Shown piece after piece: positions 54,606 to 63,952 of a DNA stretch of 64,000 nt. Every line of letters starts with the position of its first letter. Position 1 is the first letter of the stretch. Both the position numbers and the translations under genes were made by a program. The notes under the pieces were generated by a model. It did no database searches, was not told where the DNA came from, and worked only from the letters and a program-made list of their open reading frames with translations. The stretch lies in the NCBI GenBank assembly GCA_001824255.1, contig MHWQ01000002.1, forward strand, positions 139,548-203,547, in the 5' to 3' direction. This DNA comes from Candidatus Zambryskibacteria bacterium RIFCSPLOWO2_02_FULL_51_21 (GTDB taxonomy: Bacteria > Patescibacteriota > Minisyncoccia > Phycocordibacterales > Zambryskibacteraceae).

Positions 54606-54926
54606 ATGGAATACGCCGTTTTCGCCACAGGAGGCAAGCAATACAGGGTCAAGGCGGGGGATAAGGTAAGAGTAGAGAAACTCCCCGGCGACCACAAAGA
54701 AGGAGACGCCCTCGTCTTCGACAGCGTGCTTATGATGGACGACGGGGCTTCTAAAGTCTCTTTGGGCAATCCATTTATCAAAGGTTCGAAGGTTTCCGCC
54801 ACTTTGAGCAAAATCGCCAGGCACAAGACCATCGACGTTATCAAATACAAGCAGAAGTCGAGATATTTCAAAAAGTACGGCCACCGCCAGCCTTATTTCG
54901 AGGTCAAAATCGATTCGATAAAATAA
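54606..54926 (+). CDS. rplU: 50S ribosomal protein L21
   Basis: 'MEYAVFATGGKQYRVKAGDKVRVEKL'. Confidence 0.9.
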   Translation: MEYAVFATGGKQYRVKAGDKVRVEKLPGDHKEGDALVFDSVLMMDDGASKVSLGNPFIKGSKVSATLSKIARHKTIDVIKYKQKSRYFKKYGHRQPYFEVKIDSIK

Positions 54927-55529
54927 TTACTTCGTCCGGTGGAGAAATGCATTCTTGAGGGTCTCCGGGTCTGCGTATTCGAGCTCGGCGCCGGTTGAGA
55001 GGCCACGTCCAAGTTCAGAAGTTTGAAGTTTAAAGTTTTTAAGTTTTTCTTTAAGAAATTCGGCCGTATGTTCGCCGTCCTGGTTCGCATTCATGGCGAG
55101 AATCACTTCTTTGATATTTTTATCTTCTTTTATTCGAGCCTCGAGCTTCGAAATTCGGATTTTCTTTTCCGGTTCTTTATCAAGTATGGGCACCACGCCA
55201 CCGAGAATAAAATATTGGCCCTTATAGCTCCCGCTTTTCTCCACCGCTTCGAGGTCAATGTCTCGGGGCACGACCATTAAGAGGGAGTTATCGCGCGTGT
55301 CGTCAGAGCAAATACTGCAGATACTAGTTTTATGACCATTTTTAGCGAAGAACCTTTGGCACTCCTTACATTGCACGATTTCTTTCTTCAAATTCTCTAT
55401 GGCCTGCGCTAATTCGCCGGAATAATTGCCGCCCCGGGCGAGGAGGTAATACACAAACCTCTTGGCCTGCCGCGGTCCGATACCCGGAAATAACCTGAAG
55501 AGTTCCGTGAGTTTGTCTATCGAATTCAT
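54927..55529 (-). CDS. recR: recombination protein RecR
   Basis: HhH 'LFPGIGPRQAKRFVYYL'. Zn finger 'CKECQRFFAKNGHKTSICSICSD'. Toprim. Confidence 0.9.
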   Translation of the reverse strand: MNSIDKLTELFRLFPGIGPRQAKRFVYYLLARGGNYSGELAQAIENLKKEIVQCKECQRFFAKNGHKTSICSICSDDTRDNSLLMVVPRDIDLEAVEKSGSYKGQYFILGGVVPILDKEPEKKIRISKLEARIKEDKNIKEVILAMNANQDGEHTAEFLKEKLKNFKLQTSELGRGLSTGAELEYADPETLKNAFLHRTK

Positions 55530-55532
55530 CCG

Positions 55533-57038
55533 CTAGAAGTTTTTAAAGTCTTCCTCCGCCTTGCCGTAGTTCGAGTAATCAATTTCAACAAAGGTGTTGA
55601 AGCGGCTGTGGAAGTCGAGCACCGCCGTGCCCAGAGGGCCGTTCCTGTGCTTGGCGATGATAAGTTCGCGGCGCTGGACCTCCTTCATCCTGCCGTTCTC
55701 GTCGCGGAGGTCCTCTTCGTTACTGTGTATGAAAATAACGCAGTCGGCATCCTGCTCGAGCGAACCGGAATCCCTAAGGTCTGATAATTTGGGCTTGCCG
55801 CCGCGCGTCTCAATGGCACGGGAGAGTTGAGAGAGAGCGATGACGGGTATGTCGAGCTCGCGGGCGAGGTGCTTCAACGAGCGGGAAATCTCGGTGACCT
55901 GCTGAACCATGGAGTCATTGGTGCGGGCACTCGAGGGCGCCATGAGCTGGAGATAGTCGACGATAAGGAGCTTCAGACCCTTCTCAATCTTCAGTTTCCT
56001 CGCGGCGCTCCTCATCTTCATGATGGTGTTGCCCGGCTGGTCGTCGATGTAGATGGGAGTGCGGGAGAGGTCGTCCAAGGCGTCCCTGATATTCTTGAAG
56101 ACGTCTTCGCGCCAGGTGCCGGTCTGGGTACGGATGCCCTTCCTGATGATGGAGGCGTCGGTCTTCGACTGGGCGGCGACAATCCTGTCAACCAGCTGGT
56201 CGGCGCTCATCTCGAGAGAGAAGATGCCGACCGGCGTCTGATGCTCGGAGGCCGTGCGGCGGGCGATGTCGAGGGCGAGCGCGGTCTTGCCGACGGAAGG
56301 ACGGGCCGCCAATATGATGAGGTCGGACTTCTGGAAGCCGCCGAGGATGTCGTCGAGTGCTTTGAAACCCGTCGGCACGCCGCGGAGTTCGTGCTCCGCG
56401 CTCGAGAGCTTCTCGAATCTTTCAAACGCTTCGGCCAGAAGGGGAGTAAGGTCGCGGAAGCGAGCTGACCCGGCGAAGTGCTGAGTGATGTCAAAAATTT
56501 TCTTCTCCGCCTGGTCGAGAATTTCTTCCAGCTCGCCTGCTTCGTTGAAGCCGAGATGCGAGAGATGCTCGGAGGCCTCAATGAGCTGTCTCATCATGTG
56601 CTTCTTCATTACAATCTCGGCGTAGTGCTTGACGTTGGCCGAAGACGGGACTGTCCCCGCCAGTTCCGTCAGGTAGCTCGTGCCGCCAAGGCGCTCAAGC
56701 TCACCCTTCTCCTTAAGCCGCGACGAAAGCGAGAGGATGTCGATGGGCGAGTGCTTGCCGAAGAGTTCGAGCATCGCCTCGAAAATAGTTCTGTGCTTCT
56801 CGAAATAGAAGGAAGCGGGAACGACTATGTCAAGAATTTCATAAATAGCATCCGGACGGAGCATGATGCTTCCGAGAAGCGCCATCTCCGCTTCGGCCGA
56901 ATGCGGCGGGATGCGAAGGCCGGCGTTGGTGAGAGGACTTTGTCCCGAGATTTGCATACGCGAATTATAGCGAATCCAATCGAATGATACGAATAGGCAA
57001 GATGGGGAAGAATGTGGTAATAAGCTGGGGATTGACAA
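55533..57038 (-). CDS. dnaB: replicative DNA helicase DnaB (start probably internal, MQISGQS)
   Basis: N-domain. Walker A 'ILAARPSVGKTALALDIA'. 'SLEMSADQLV', 'VIALSQLSR'. Confidence 0.9.
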   Translation of the reverse strand: MSIPSLLPHSSPSCLFVSFDWIRYNSRMQISGQSPLTNAGLRIPPHSAEAEMALLGSIMLRPDAIYEILDIVVPASFYFEKHRTIFEAMLELFGKHSPIDILSLSSRLKEKGELERLGGTSYLTELAGTVPSSANVKHYAEIVMKKHMMRQLIEASEHLSHLGFNEAGELEEILDQAEKKIFDITQHFAGSARFRDLTPLLAEAFERFEKLSSAEHELRGVPTGFKALDDILGGFQKSDLIILAARPSVGKTALALDIARRTASEHQTPVGIFSLEMSADQLVDRIVAAQSKTDASIIRKGIRTQTGTWREDVFKNIRDALDDLSRTPIYIDDQPGNTIMKMRSAARKLKIEKGLKLLIVDYLQLMAPSSARTNDSMVQQVTEISRSLKHLARELDIPVIALSQLSRAIETRGGKPKLSDLRDSGSLEQDADCVIFIHSNEEDLRDENGRMKEVQRRELIIAKHRNGPLGTAVLDFHSRFNTFVEIDYSNYGKAEEDFKNF

Positions 57039-57098
57039 AATATAGATTTGGGTGTATTATATATGTAGACGCTTATGGCTCTAGGGAGGAGCCCAAAC

Positions 57099-57308
57099 AT
57101 GTCAGGTGCAAAGCCGCAAGACTTTATCAGATGCGAGAGGGACAGAAACCTCTACACCAAACTCGAGAATGTCCTGAGCCTCATCGAGGGCGTTCCGATG
57201 GAACGCCTCGTCGACAGCCGGGACAAGCACCGGCTGGCGCAGGCTGGCGTGGAGCTCAAAAAGGCGCTCCATGAACTCTCGCACAACGGTCACCAGAACG
57301 GCCGCTAG
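57099..57308 (+). CDS. hypothetical small protein (69 aa)
   Basis: GGGAGGAG RBS 7 nt before the ATG. No domain recognised. Confidence 0.35.
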   Translation: MSGAKPQDFIRCERDRNLYTKLENVLSLIEGVPMERLVDSRDKHRLAQAGVELKKALHELSHNGHQNGR

Positions 57309-57317
57309 GAGGGCTCG

Positions 57318-57461
57318 TGAAAATTCAAGTTGACGAACTCACGTATGAGTATCCCACGGACCGAAAGCCAGTGGTCGTGGGAGAGAAGCGACACACAGCT
57401 CTCATCCGCGGGAGCGCCGGCCGCAAGCGACCGAAGCCCCGCAAGAAGCCGGGAAAGAAGT
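57318..57461 (+). CDS. hypothetical small protein with Lys/Arg-rich tail (47 aa, GTG start)
   Basis: GGAGGG RBS 5 nt before GTG. '...GRKRPKPRKKPGKK'. Strong terminator follows. Confidence 0.35.
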
Positions 57462-57475
57462 AATCCTCGCGCACT

Positions 57476-57512
57476 CGCCGCGCCACTACCAAGTGGCGCG
57501 GTTTTCCGTTTT
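57476..57512 (+). terminator. Rho-independent terminator
   Basis: 'ccgcgccactaccaagtggcgcgg' + ttttccgtttta. Confidence 0.7.
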
Positions 57513-58698
57513 ATAGACCCAAACCCAGCACTTTGTCGAAATCGCGGAGCGTGACTAATTTGTCGTTATTGGCTACATCCTTATCCTTCACCAGAGTCCA
57601 AAGGACGGCGAGTGCCTGCGCGGTGTTCAAATCATTTTCAAGCTTCTCCGTGAACTTGGCTTTGTAAGCTTCGTCAACTTTTCCACCTTCGTCTAATCTT
57701 TCGACAACTTTCTTCAATTTATCAAACGCGTTCTGCGCCGCGGTCAAAGCATCCCAAGAGAAGGTCACCGGCGTGCGATAGTGCGCGAGAAGCAGGAAAT
57801 AGCGATAGGCAAGCGGGCTGAAACCAGCTTGAACCAAATCACGGATAGTGATTTGGTTTCCCTCAGACTTCGCCATCTTGCCCTCCGGCACGTTCACGAA
57901 TTCATTGTGTAGCCAGTAATGGGCGAGTTCGCAGGAGCAGGCGTTCTCGGACTGCGCAATCTCGTTGTTGTGATGTATGGGAGCAAGGTCTATGCCGCCG
58001 GTATGGATGTCGAAGGTTTCGCCCAGATACTTCACCGACATAGCCGAGCACTCTATGTGCCAGCCCGGAAAACCCTGGCCCCATGGGCTAGGGAAGCCGA
58101 AATTCTCGTTAAACTTCCAAAGTGCGAAGTCTCTGGAATTTCTTTTCTCGGAATTCTCCACCCTCGATTCCGTATCCTTGCCCAGCTTGCCCAATCTCCC
58201 GTATTCCGGGTCCTTTGATGTGTCAAAATAAATGCCGTCAGATGTCTTGTAAGTAAATCTTTTTTCTTCAAGAACCTTTATAAGCTCAATTTGCTCGACA
58301 ATGTGCTCGGAGGCCTTGGGCAGAACGTCCGGAGTTTTGATATTTAATTCGGCTATATCTTCTTTGAATTTTTCCGTATAAAATTCTCCGAGCTCCTTCA
58401 TGCTCTGCATAGAAATTTCTTTGCCCTCGCGCTTCAGCCCACGGATGATTTTGTCCTCGCCCTCGTCATTATTACCGCCGATGCCGACATCGGTGATGTT
58501 CATGACTTGCTTCACTTCGAATCCTTCGTATTCGAAAACACGGCGCAAAATATCGGCTAGGAGGAAAGAGCGCAGATTGCCGATATGGACATAGTCGTAC
58601 ACCGTCGGACCGCAGTGGTACATGCGCACTTTGCCTGGGTCTATTGGACGGAATTCCTCGGTCCTATCCGTCAAAGTATTGTGAAGCTTTATCGCCAT
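57511..58698 (-). CDS. cysS: cysteine--tRNA ligase (compact 395-aa form)
   Basis: 'MYHCGPTVYDYVHIGNLRS' (HIGH). 'KMAKSEGN' (KMSKS). Confidence 0.9.
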   Translation of the reverse strand: MAIKLHNTLTDRTEEFRPIDPGKVRMYHCGPTVYDYVHIGNLRSFLLADILRRVFEYEGFEVKQVMNITDVGIGGNNDEGEDKIIRGLKREGKEISMQSMKELGEFYTEKFKEDIAELNIKTPDVLPKASEHIVEQIELIKVLEEKRFTYKTSDGIYFDTSKDPEYGRLGKLGKDTESRVENSEKRNSRDFALWKFNENFGFPSPWGQGFPGWHIECSAMSVKYLGETFDIHTGGIDLAPIHHNNEIAQSENACSCELAHYWLHNEFVNVPEGKMAKSEGNQITIRDLVQAGFSPLAYRYFLLLAHYRTPVTFSWDALTAAQNAFDKLKKVVERLDEGGKVDEAYKAKFTEKLENDLNTAQALAVLWTLVKDKDVANNDKLVTLRDFDKVLGLGL

Positions 58699-58726
58699 AG
58701 GAACATTATATGTTAAAATACTGCGA

Positions 58727-59944
58727 ATGGAATTCCTGAGAAAACACGCCGCTATCCTCGCCCTCGGCGCCGTTATCGCCGTCGCTTTTTATTCCGCGGG
58801 CTACCGCGCGGGGGAGAACAGGATTTCCGGCGCGGTGGCGAATATAGAAAATGCGCAGCCGGCTGAAATCAATAACATTGACTTCAGCCCGTTCTGGAAG
58901 GCCTGGAACACCATTAACGAGAAATACGTTCCGGCGAGCACCACGGGCAAGGCGATAAGCGACAAGGATAAACTCTACGGCGCCATCGGCGGCCTTGCCG
59001 CTTCGCTCAAAGACCCTTACACCGTTTTCTTCCCGCCGGTCGAGTCGGAGCTCTTCCAGTCCGATATCCGCGGCAATTTCGAAGGCGTGGGCATGGAGGT
59101 GCTCGCCCAGGAGGGAGCCATCACCGTCATTGCACCTCTCAAGGACAGTCCGGCTATGCGCGCCGGCATGCTTGCTGGCGACAGGATTATCAAGATTGAC
59201 GGCAAGGAGACCTCCGGCATGACGACGGAGGATGCAGTACAGCTTATCCGCGGCCCTGGCGGCACTGCGGTTACGGTGACGGTCTTCAGGCAGGGAGTGA
59301 AGCAGCCCTTCGACGTGCAGCTCGTCCGGGATGTCATCAATATTCCCGTCATCAATACCAGCGCGTTTCCCGGAGGAGTCTTCGTCATCGAGCTTTACAG
59401 CTTCTCGGAACAGTCTCCGGCGCTCTTCCGCCAGGCTCTCCGCGAATTCGTCATGTCCGGAGACAAGAAGCTCATCCTTGACCTGCGCGGCAACCCGGGC
59501 GGCTATCTCGAGGCGGCTATAGACATGGCGAGCTGGTTTCTGCCTTCTAGCAAAGTGGTGGTGCGGGAAGACTTCGGCGGGCGGCAGCCGGAACGCTCTT
59601 ACAGAAGCAGGGGATATGATATTTTCAAAGATAATCTCAAATTCGTCATTCTCATAGACAAGGGTTCCGCTTCCGCTTCGGAAATTCTCGCGGGTGCCTT
59701 GAAGGAGCATGGCAAGGCGGTACTGGTGGGGGAGACGACCTTCGGCAAGGGTTCGGTGCAGGAGCTTGTCGACATCACTTCCGACACTTCGCTCAAGGTG
59801 ACGGTGGCCAGGTGGCTGACGCCCAACGGCCTTTCAATATCGGAGAAGGGAATAGAGCCGGATTACAAAGTGGTTCGCACTCCAGCCGACGCACAGGCAG
59901 GCCGCGACCCGCAGATGGACAAGGCGTTGGAAATTTTGAAATAA
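58727..59944 (+). CDS. ctpA: S41-family carboxyl-terminal processing protease with PDZ domain
   Basis: Signal/TM. PDZ 'GDRIIKIDGKETSGMT'. 'LRGNPGGYL', 'LIDKGSASASEILAGAL' (Ser/Lys dyad region). Confidence 0.85.
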   Translation: MEFLRKHAAILALGAVIAVAFYSAGYRAGENRISGAVANIENAQPAEINNIDFSPFWKAWNTINEKYVPASTTGKAISDKDKLYGAIGGLAASLKDPYTVFFPPVESELFQSDIRGNFEGVGMEVLAQEGAITVIAPLKDSPAMRAGMLAGDRIIKIDGKETSGMTTEDAVQLIRGPGGTAVTVTVFRQGVKQPFDVQLVRDVINIPVINTSAFPGGVFVIELYSFSEQSPALFRQALREFVMSGDKKLILDLRGNPGGYLEAAIDMASWFLPSSKVVVREDFGGRQPERSYRSRGYDIFKDNLKFVILIDKGSASASEILAGALKEHGKAVLVGETTFGKGSVQELVDITSDTSLKVTVARWLTPNGLSISEKGIEPDYKVVRTPADAQAGRDPQMDKALEILK

Positions 59945-59998
59945 AATACTTAGCCCGGCTCCGACATAAGTCGGAGCCGGGCATTTTGTCGCGAAGAA

Positions 59999-60376
59999 CT
60001 AGAAACCCGGGCCGTCGCCGTATCCGTGAGAAAGAATGTGCGACACGGTATTGAGCTCAGCCACGACCTCGTCCCTCACCCGTAACTGGTCCTCGAGCCA
60101 GTCGATGTAGCCGTCCTCGGTGAACGGTTCTTTGACGCCTTCGAGGAACACAGCCATCCTGCACGTTGGGACGTATGGCCTGAGCGCGTTGTTCAAGGGT
60201 CCAACTGCCGCCCGCGCCTCGGCGTGAGTGGCAACATCCTGATGGAGATGGAGGAAGTGACGTCTCCCGTCCAAGCCCATCAACTCCACTGGCAACCCGA
60301 TTTTGGTTGACACCATGAGCATCAACCATTTGAGCCTGGCCTCTTCCTCATGGCCGATAATCACACCAGCTTTCAT
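59999..60376 (-). CDS. hypothetical protein (125 aa)
   Basis: ORF only. His/Glu-containing, no motif I can assign. Confidence 0.35.
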   Translation of the reverse strand: MKAGVIIGHEEEARLKWLMLMVSTKIGLPVELMGLDGRRHFLHLHQDVATHAEARAAVGPLNNALRPYVPTCRMAVFLEGVKEPFTEDGYIDWLEDQLRVRDEVVAELNTVSHILSHGYGDGPGF

Positions 60377-60425
60377 AGAACCTCCGCTAGCTAAAATATG
60401 CGAGTTTGATTAATATGTCAATTAT

Positions 60426-60692
60426 ATGAAAGTAATATTCCTGCAGGATGTGAAAGGTAAGGGGAGGAAGTTTGAGGAGAAGCAGGTTCCCGACGGCTAC
60501 GCGCAGAACTTCCTCCTGCCCAACAATCTCGCCATAGTGGCAGACAAAGCCGGCCTCGCCAGAGCAAAGCAGGTGAGAGAAGCTAGTGAAGCTAACAAAG
60601 CTAAAGAAGCTACGAAGCTAGCCGAGAAAGAAGCCGAGCGCAAGAAGAAGCACGAGGCGCTGGAGAAGTTTAGGAACTCACAACACTCATAA
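60426..60692 (+). CDS. rplI: 50S ribosomal protein L9, N-terminal domain only (88 aa)
   Basis: '[41 protein letters not shown]' matches the L9 N-domain. Only the helical linker follows, no C-domain. Confidence 0.7.
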   Translation: MKVIFLQDVKGKGRKFEEKQVPDGYAQNFLLPNNLAIVADKAGLARAKQVREASEANKAKEATKLAEKEAERKKKHEALEKFRNSQHS

Positions 60693-60960
60693 CCTTCTTT
60701 TTCATAATCGAGTTGTCGAAGTGGATTTTGCGCTTGTAGGAGATGGCGACCTTGCCGTCAACTGCCGCGAAGAGGGTGTGGTCCTTGCCCATGAGCACGT
60801 TCTTGCCCGGCAGGACATCGGTGCCGCGCTGGCGCACGAGAACGTAGCCCTTCTTGGCGAAGGAGCCGGGAGTGGCCTTGATTCCCAGATATTTCGGATT
60901 GGAATCTCGGCCGTTTTTAGTTGTACCCGCGGACTTTTTATGTGCCATAATTAAGCTCAA
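60670..60960 (-). CDS. rpmA: 50S ribosomal protein L27
   Basis: '[24 protein letters not shown]...VRQRGT...GKDHTLFA'. Confidence 0.85.
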   Translation of the reverse strand: MSLIMAHKKSAGTTKNGRDSNPKYLGIKATPGSFAKKGYVLVRQRGTDVLPGKNVLMGKDHTLFAAVDGKVAISYKRKIHFDNSIMKKKVMSVVSS

Positions 60961-61337
60961 TGAGTGTAACAGAAGAGGTCACTTTTGACAATAGCGGCCG
61001 TATAGAACGCTTTCCTTGGGCCAGGAAGTTCTACCTCTCGGCTGTCATAATGTTGGTGGCTCTATTCTCTTTTGCTCTGGGCAAGCTCTCAGCTGGGGAT
61101 AATAGGGGAGAAGCAGTCAGGATTGAGTACGACCCCAACCTTTCTGCCGCCTCGGCAATAACCGCCGTCTCAACCTCCAAAACCTCGGTCGTGGCCTCCA
61201 AAAACGGCAAGAAATACCATTATCCGAGCTGCCCGGGAGCCAAACAGATTGCCGAAGCCAACAAAATAGTCTTCGCCTCGGCCGAAGCCGCCGAAGCTTC
61301 CGGATATACCCTCGCTAGTAACTGTACTAAGCCATAA
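60960..61337 (+). CDS. membrane-anchored protein with C-terminal Cys module (YHYPxCxG...GYxxxxxC)
   Basis: One TM, Ser/Thr/Ala-rich linker, then '[40 protein letters not shown]'. Confidence 0.45.
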   Translation: MSVTEEVTFDNSGRIERFPWARKFYLSAVIMLVALFSFALGKLSAGDNRGEAVRIEYDPNLSAASAITAVSTSKTSVVASKNGKKYHYPSCPGAKQIAEANKIVFASAEAAEASGYTLASNCTKP

Positions 61338-61387
61338 AATATGGCTTAACAGAGCCACTCGGTAAACAATAGACCACATTTATTGCT

Positions 61388-61420
61388 TGACAGCAAGGTT
61401 GAGGTGTGATAGCATATTAG
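61388..61420 (+). promoter_or_regulatory. sigma-70-like promoter (TTGACA ... TGtGATAGCAT extended -10) preceding a ~120-nt leader
   Basis: 'ttgacagcaaggttgaggtgtgatagcat'. Confidence 0.45.
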
Positions 61421-61540
61421 TAAGTCAGCGAGAGCTGGCTTTTCGCTTGAAAGAGACCCCTCACGGGGATACGGAAACGGCATTCAAGATTACCAATTTA
61501 TCCCACTGTTATTCTTCAAATTACTACCATCAGTCTTCTC

Positions 61541-62002
61541 ATGAGTCTCTCTTCCGGTGCCTTGGCCGTATTGCCGGCGATTACATCTCCGGTGACCATT
61601 ACCGACAACAAGGAGGGGGAACTCAAGCAGATCTCTATTGAAGTAAGGTCAGAAGACTACGGACCGCTTACCGACCCGAAGAATGTCGAGAAATTCCTTA
61701 AAGATTACTTCTCGGACACTCCGATTCTCGCGAAAATCGGCAAGTGCGAATCCAGGAACAGACACTTCAACTCCCGGGGAGAAGTTCTCCGCGGCGAGAA
61801 GAACACCTACGATAGAGGGGTAATGCAAATTAACCTTCTCTATCACGAGAAGGATGCCGAAAAGCTTGGTCTCAACCTACACAACATTGACGATAACGTG
61901 GCTTACGCCAAGTATCTCTATGAGAAGCAGGGTGCCAAGCCGTGGATGTCCTCCTCGGCCTGCTGGTCCAAGTTCGCTCCCAACGAAATCGCTAAGAAAT
62001 AA
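61541..62002 (+). CDS. Rpf-like 'transglycosylase-like' domain protein
   Basis: 'KIGKCESRNRHFNSRGE...RGVMQINLLYHEKDAEKLG...AYAKYLYEKQGAKPW' resembles the CESgg...G.mQI... pattern of Rpf/transglycosylase-like domains. Confidence 0.55.
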   Translation: MSLSSGALAVLPAITSPVTITDNKEGELKQISIEVRSEDYGPLTDPKNVEKFLKDYFSDTPILAKIGKCESRNRHFNSRGEVLRGEKNTYDRGVMQINLLYHEKDAEKLGLNLHNIDDNVAYAKYLYEKQGAKPWMSSSACWSKFAPNEIAKK

Positions 62003-62103
62003 TCAAATATGATTAAGCAAAAGCCGCCCAACCGGGCGGCTTTTGCTTTGGTTGACGACCTCGTATCAATATTGTAGGGTAGGGGAGGAAATGGAGGGCA
62101 GAT

Positions 62104-62472
62104 ATGCCAGTAGTGAATATTCGGTACCGTAGCGCTCACATCGCCGAAAACGAGATCGTGCAGCTTTCCTACAAGCTGCCTGGGATCGTCGCGGAAGCGC
62201 TCACATGCGATGAGCCTGGAGGAGAGCTTCTCCCAAGCGAGGTGGCGATTTACCCTACGCGCTTCTCCGAGCTTGACCGCTCGGCATACGGGCTCGAAAT
62301 CACTATCGAGCTCAACCAGTACGAGAGCAGGCTCGCCAACCTCGACCAACGCGCTCACCACATCGCGTACAACATCCGTAAACTCTTCAATGACATCTAC
62401 GGCGGCCGCGCCGTGAGGCCCAAAGCCTGGGTCTGGGTGCGAGTCTGCCCGGGCGAGTGGGTCGAGATCTGA
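62104..62472 (+). CDS. tautomerase-superfamily protein (N-terminal Pro-1)
   Basis: Starts 'MPVVNIRY' after a GGAGGG RBS. Beta-alpha-beta start typical of 4-OT/MIF-like tautomerases. High-GC patch. Confidence 0.45.
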   Translation: MPVVNIRYRSAHIAENEIVQLSYKLPGIVAEALTCDEPGGELLPSEVAIYPTRFSELDRSAYGLEITIELNQYESRLANLDQRAHHIAYNIRKLFNDIYGGRAVRPKAWVWVRVCPGEWVEI

Positions 62473-62490
62473 ACCGCCGCACACGAGAAC

Positions 62491-62527
62491 GCCGCACCGG
62501 TTCTCGGTGCGGCGGCTTTTTGTTTTA
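62491..62527 (+). terminator. Rho-independent terminator
   Basis: 'gccgcaccggttctcggtgcggcggc' + tttttgtttta. Confidence 0.7.
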
Positions 62528-62681
62528 TGCAAAAAAGCCCGCGGAGTACATCTGGGCTTTGCGTACAAGAGCTCGAAAGCTCCCCAGATCCGGCGGGCAG
62601 TCAACCTCGTCCACCCCGATCTATCTACGGGGAAGTGGGGCTTGACCAGTCTGACCCACTGGTAATTTTATTATAACATAC

Positions 62682-63647
62682 CTAGTCCTTCAGCGGATGG
62701 AAATCGTGGTGGGTCTTTTCGGCGTACTTGTCGGAGGCGTGGACGTAGCGAGTGGTAGTGTCTAGAGACTCGTGGCCGAGGAGGATTTGGATGGCGGCGG
62801 GGTTCGCGCCTGACTCGGCCAGGTATGTGGCGAAGCCGTGGCGTAGGGAGTGAGCCGAGGTGGGGACGTTGATGCCGAGAAGTTCGCGGTACTTTTTTAT
62901 TTTCATTTGCAAATAATTTGGGGAAATATGTTTTGCTTTGTCTCCGGAATTACGCCCGCCGGCAGGGAAGAGGTAAGGCAGGTCATCCGTGCGCTCTTTG
63001 AGATAATTGTCTATATGCTTCTTGGCCCTGTCGGTAAGGTAGATGAAGCGCTGTTTCTTGCCCTTGCCTTGGATGAAGATGCGCCCGCTCTTGTCGAGCT
63101 GGCTTATTTTGAGCGAAATGAGTTCTGAAATACGCATCCCGGAAGCGAATAACGTCTCGAGCGCGGCGCGATTGCGCAGGGCGACGAGTTTATCTTCTTC
63201 AAACTTCATCGGACACTCGATAAGTTGCGTGAGCTCTTTGAGTTCCGCCACTTGTTTATGCTTCTTGCCCATGCGGAGAAGCTTTACCGAGCCGGAAACG
63301 ATCGGCGTGGGCTCATCCATATCGACCAAGTAGCTCAAATAGCGTCTCAGAGTCGTCAGCGTGCGATTGATGGAGTTTGAGGAGAGGTCAGCTTTAGCTT
63401 TTTCTCCCGAGGCGGTCAGCCGGTCACGGGAATTGAGATAGGCCTTGAAGAGCTCGATAGTGCGCTTTTCGACCTTCTCAAACGGTATTTTGACCTCATG
63501 CTTCAAGAAGAGGGAGAAGACCTCCAAATCAATTTGATAATTGTAAATAGTTTCTTTGGAATAATTATTCGCTTTGATGGAAATCATGAAGTCGTCGAAG
63601 AGGGGGAGGGTGGCGGAAGCGACATCTAGTATCTTTTTCTGGGTCAT
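62682..63647 (-). CDS. tyrosine-type site-specific recombinase (XerC/D- or phage-integrase-like)
   Basis: SAM-like N-domain. C-terminal 'AHSLRHGFATYLAESGANPAAIQILLGHESLDTTTRYVHA' (R..HxxR...Y catalytic residues). Confidence 0.85.
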   Translation of the reverse strand: MTQKKILDVASATLPLFDDFMISIKANNYSKETIYNYQIDLEVFSLFLKHEVKIPFEKVEKRTIELFKAYLNSRDRLTASGEKAKADLSSNSINRTLTTLRRYLSYLVDMDEPTPIVSGSVKLLRMGKKHKQVAELKELTQLIECPMKFEEDKLVALRNRAALETLFASGMRISELISLKISQLDKSGRIFIQGKGKKQRFIYLTDRAKKHIDNYLKERTDDLPYLFPAGGRNSGDKAKHISPNYLQMKIKKYRELLGINVPTSAHSLRHGFATYLAESGANPAAIQILLGHESLDTTTRYVHASDKYAEKTHHDFHPLKD

Positions 63648-63662
63648 ATTGTATATAGATAG

Positions 63663-63690
63663 ACTGAGTATAATATCTCTAATACTCAGT
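63663..63690. promoter_or_regulatory. perfect 9-bp inverted repeat (actgagtat-N10-atactcagt) overlapping a TATAAT box upstream of the recombinase
   Basis: Read directly in the sequence. AT-rich 63650-63840. Confidence 0.4.
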
Positions 63691-63952
63691 TATAGTATAG
63701 CGAAGGTCTCTTGACAGGCAAACTCTTAACTGTGGATAAGTTTCTTTCTTTGCTCTATTCCCCACTAATCATGTCTCAAAAATTTCTCAAAATTTTTCTG
63801 TGACAAAAATATTTTTCTTTAATTAAAACGGGCCCCGACCTCAGTCGTCGGAGCCCTCTCCCCTATTGAGCGATGGGGGATTGATTTTCTTTGATATTTC
63901 TATTAAGGTAGCCCCAGAATCGTACACCCAAAAGCTAACTAAGGAGAGTGAG

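Noticed and set aside
55827-56468. 213-aa + ORF inside dnaB, and similar antisense ORFs inside nrdJ (51468..51875), ftsI, copB and the GT2 gene
   Set aside because: Antisense to strongly supported genes, with biased Arg/Gly/Leu composition and no translation signals.
57330-57554. 74-aa + ORF
   Set aside because: Lacks an RBS and runs through a strong terminator hairpin into cysS. A different frame in the same place (57318..57461) has a GGAGGG RBS and stops before the terminator.
61918-62604. 228-aa minus-strand ORF overlapping the tautomerase gene
   Set aside because: Spans two terminators and an intergenic region. It has no RBS. The + strand gene has a perfect GGAGGG RBS and terminator. 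Local high GC explains the open frame.
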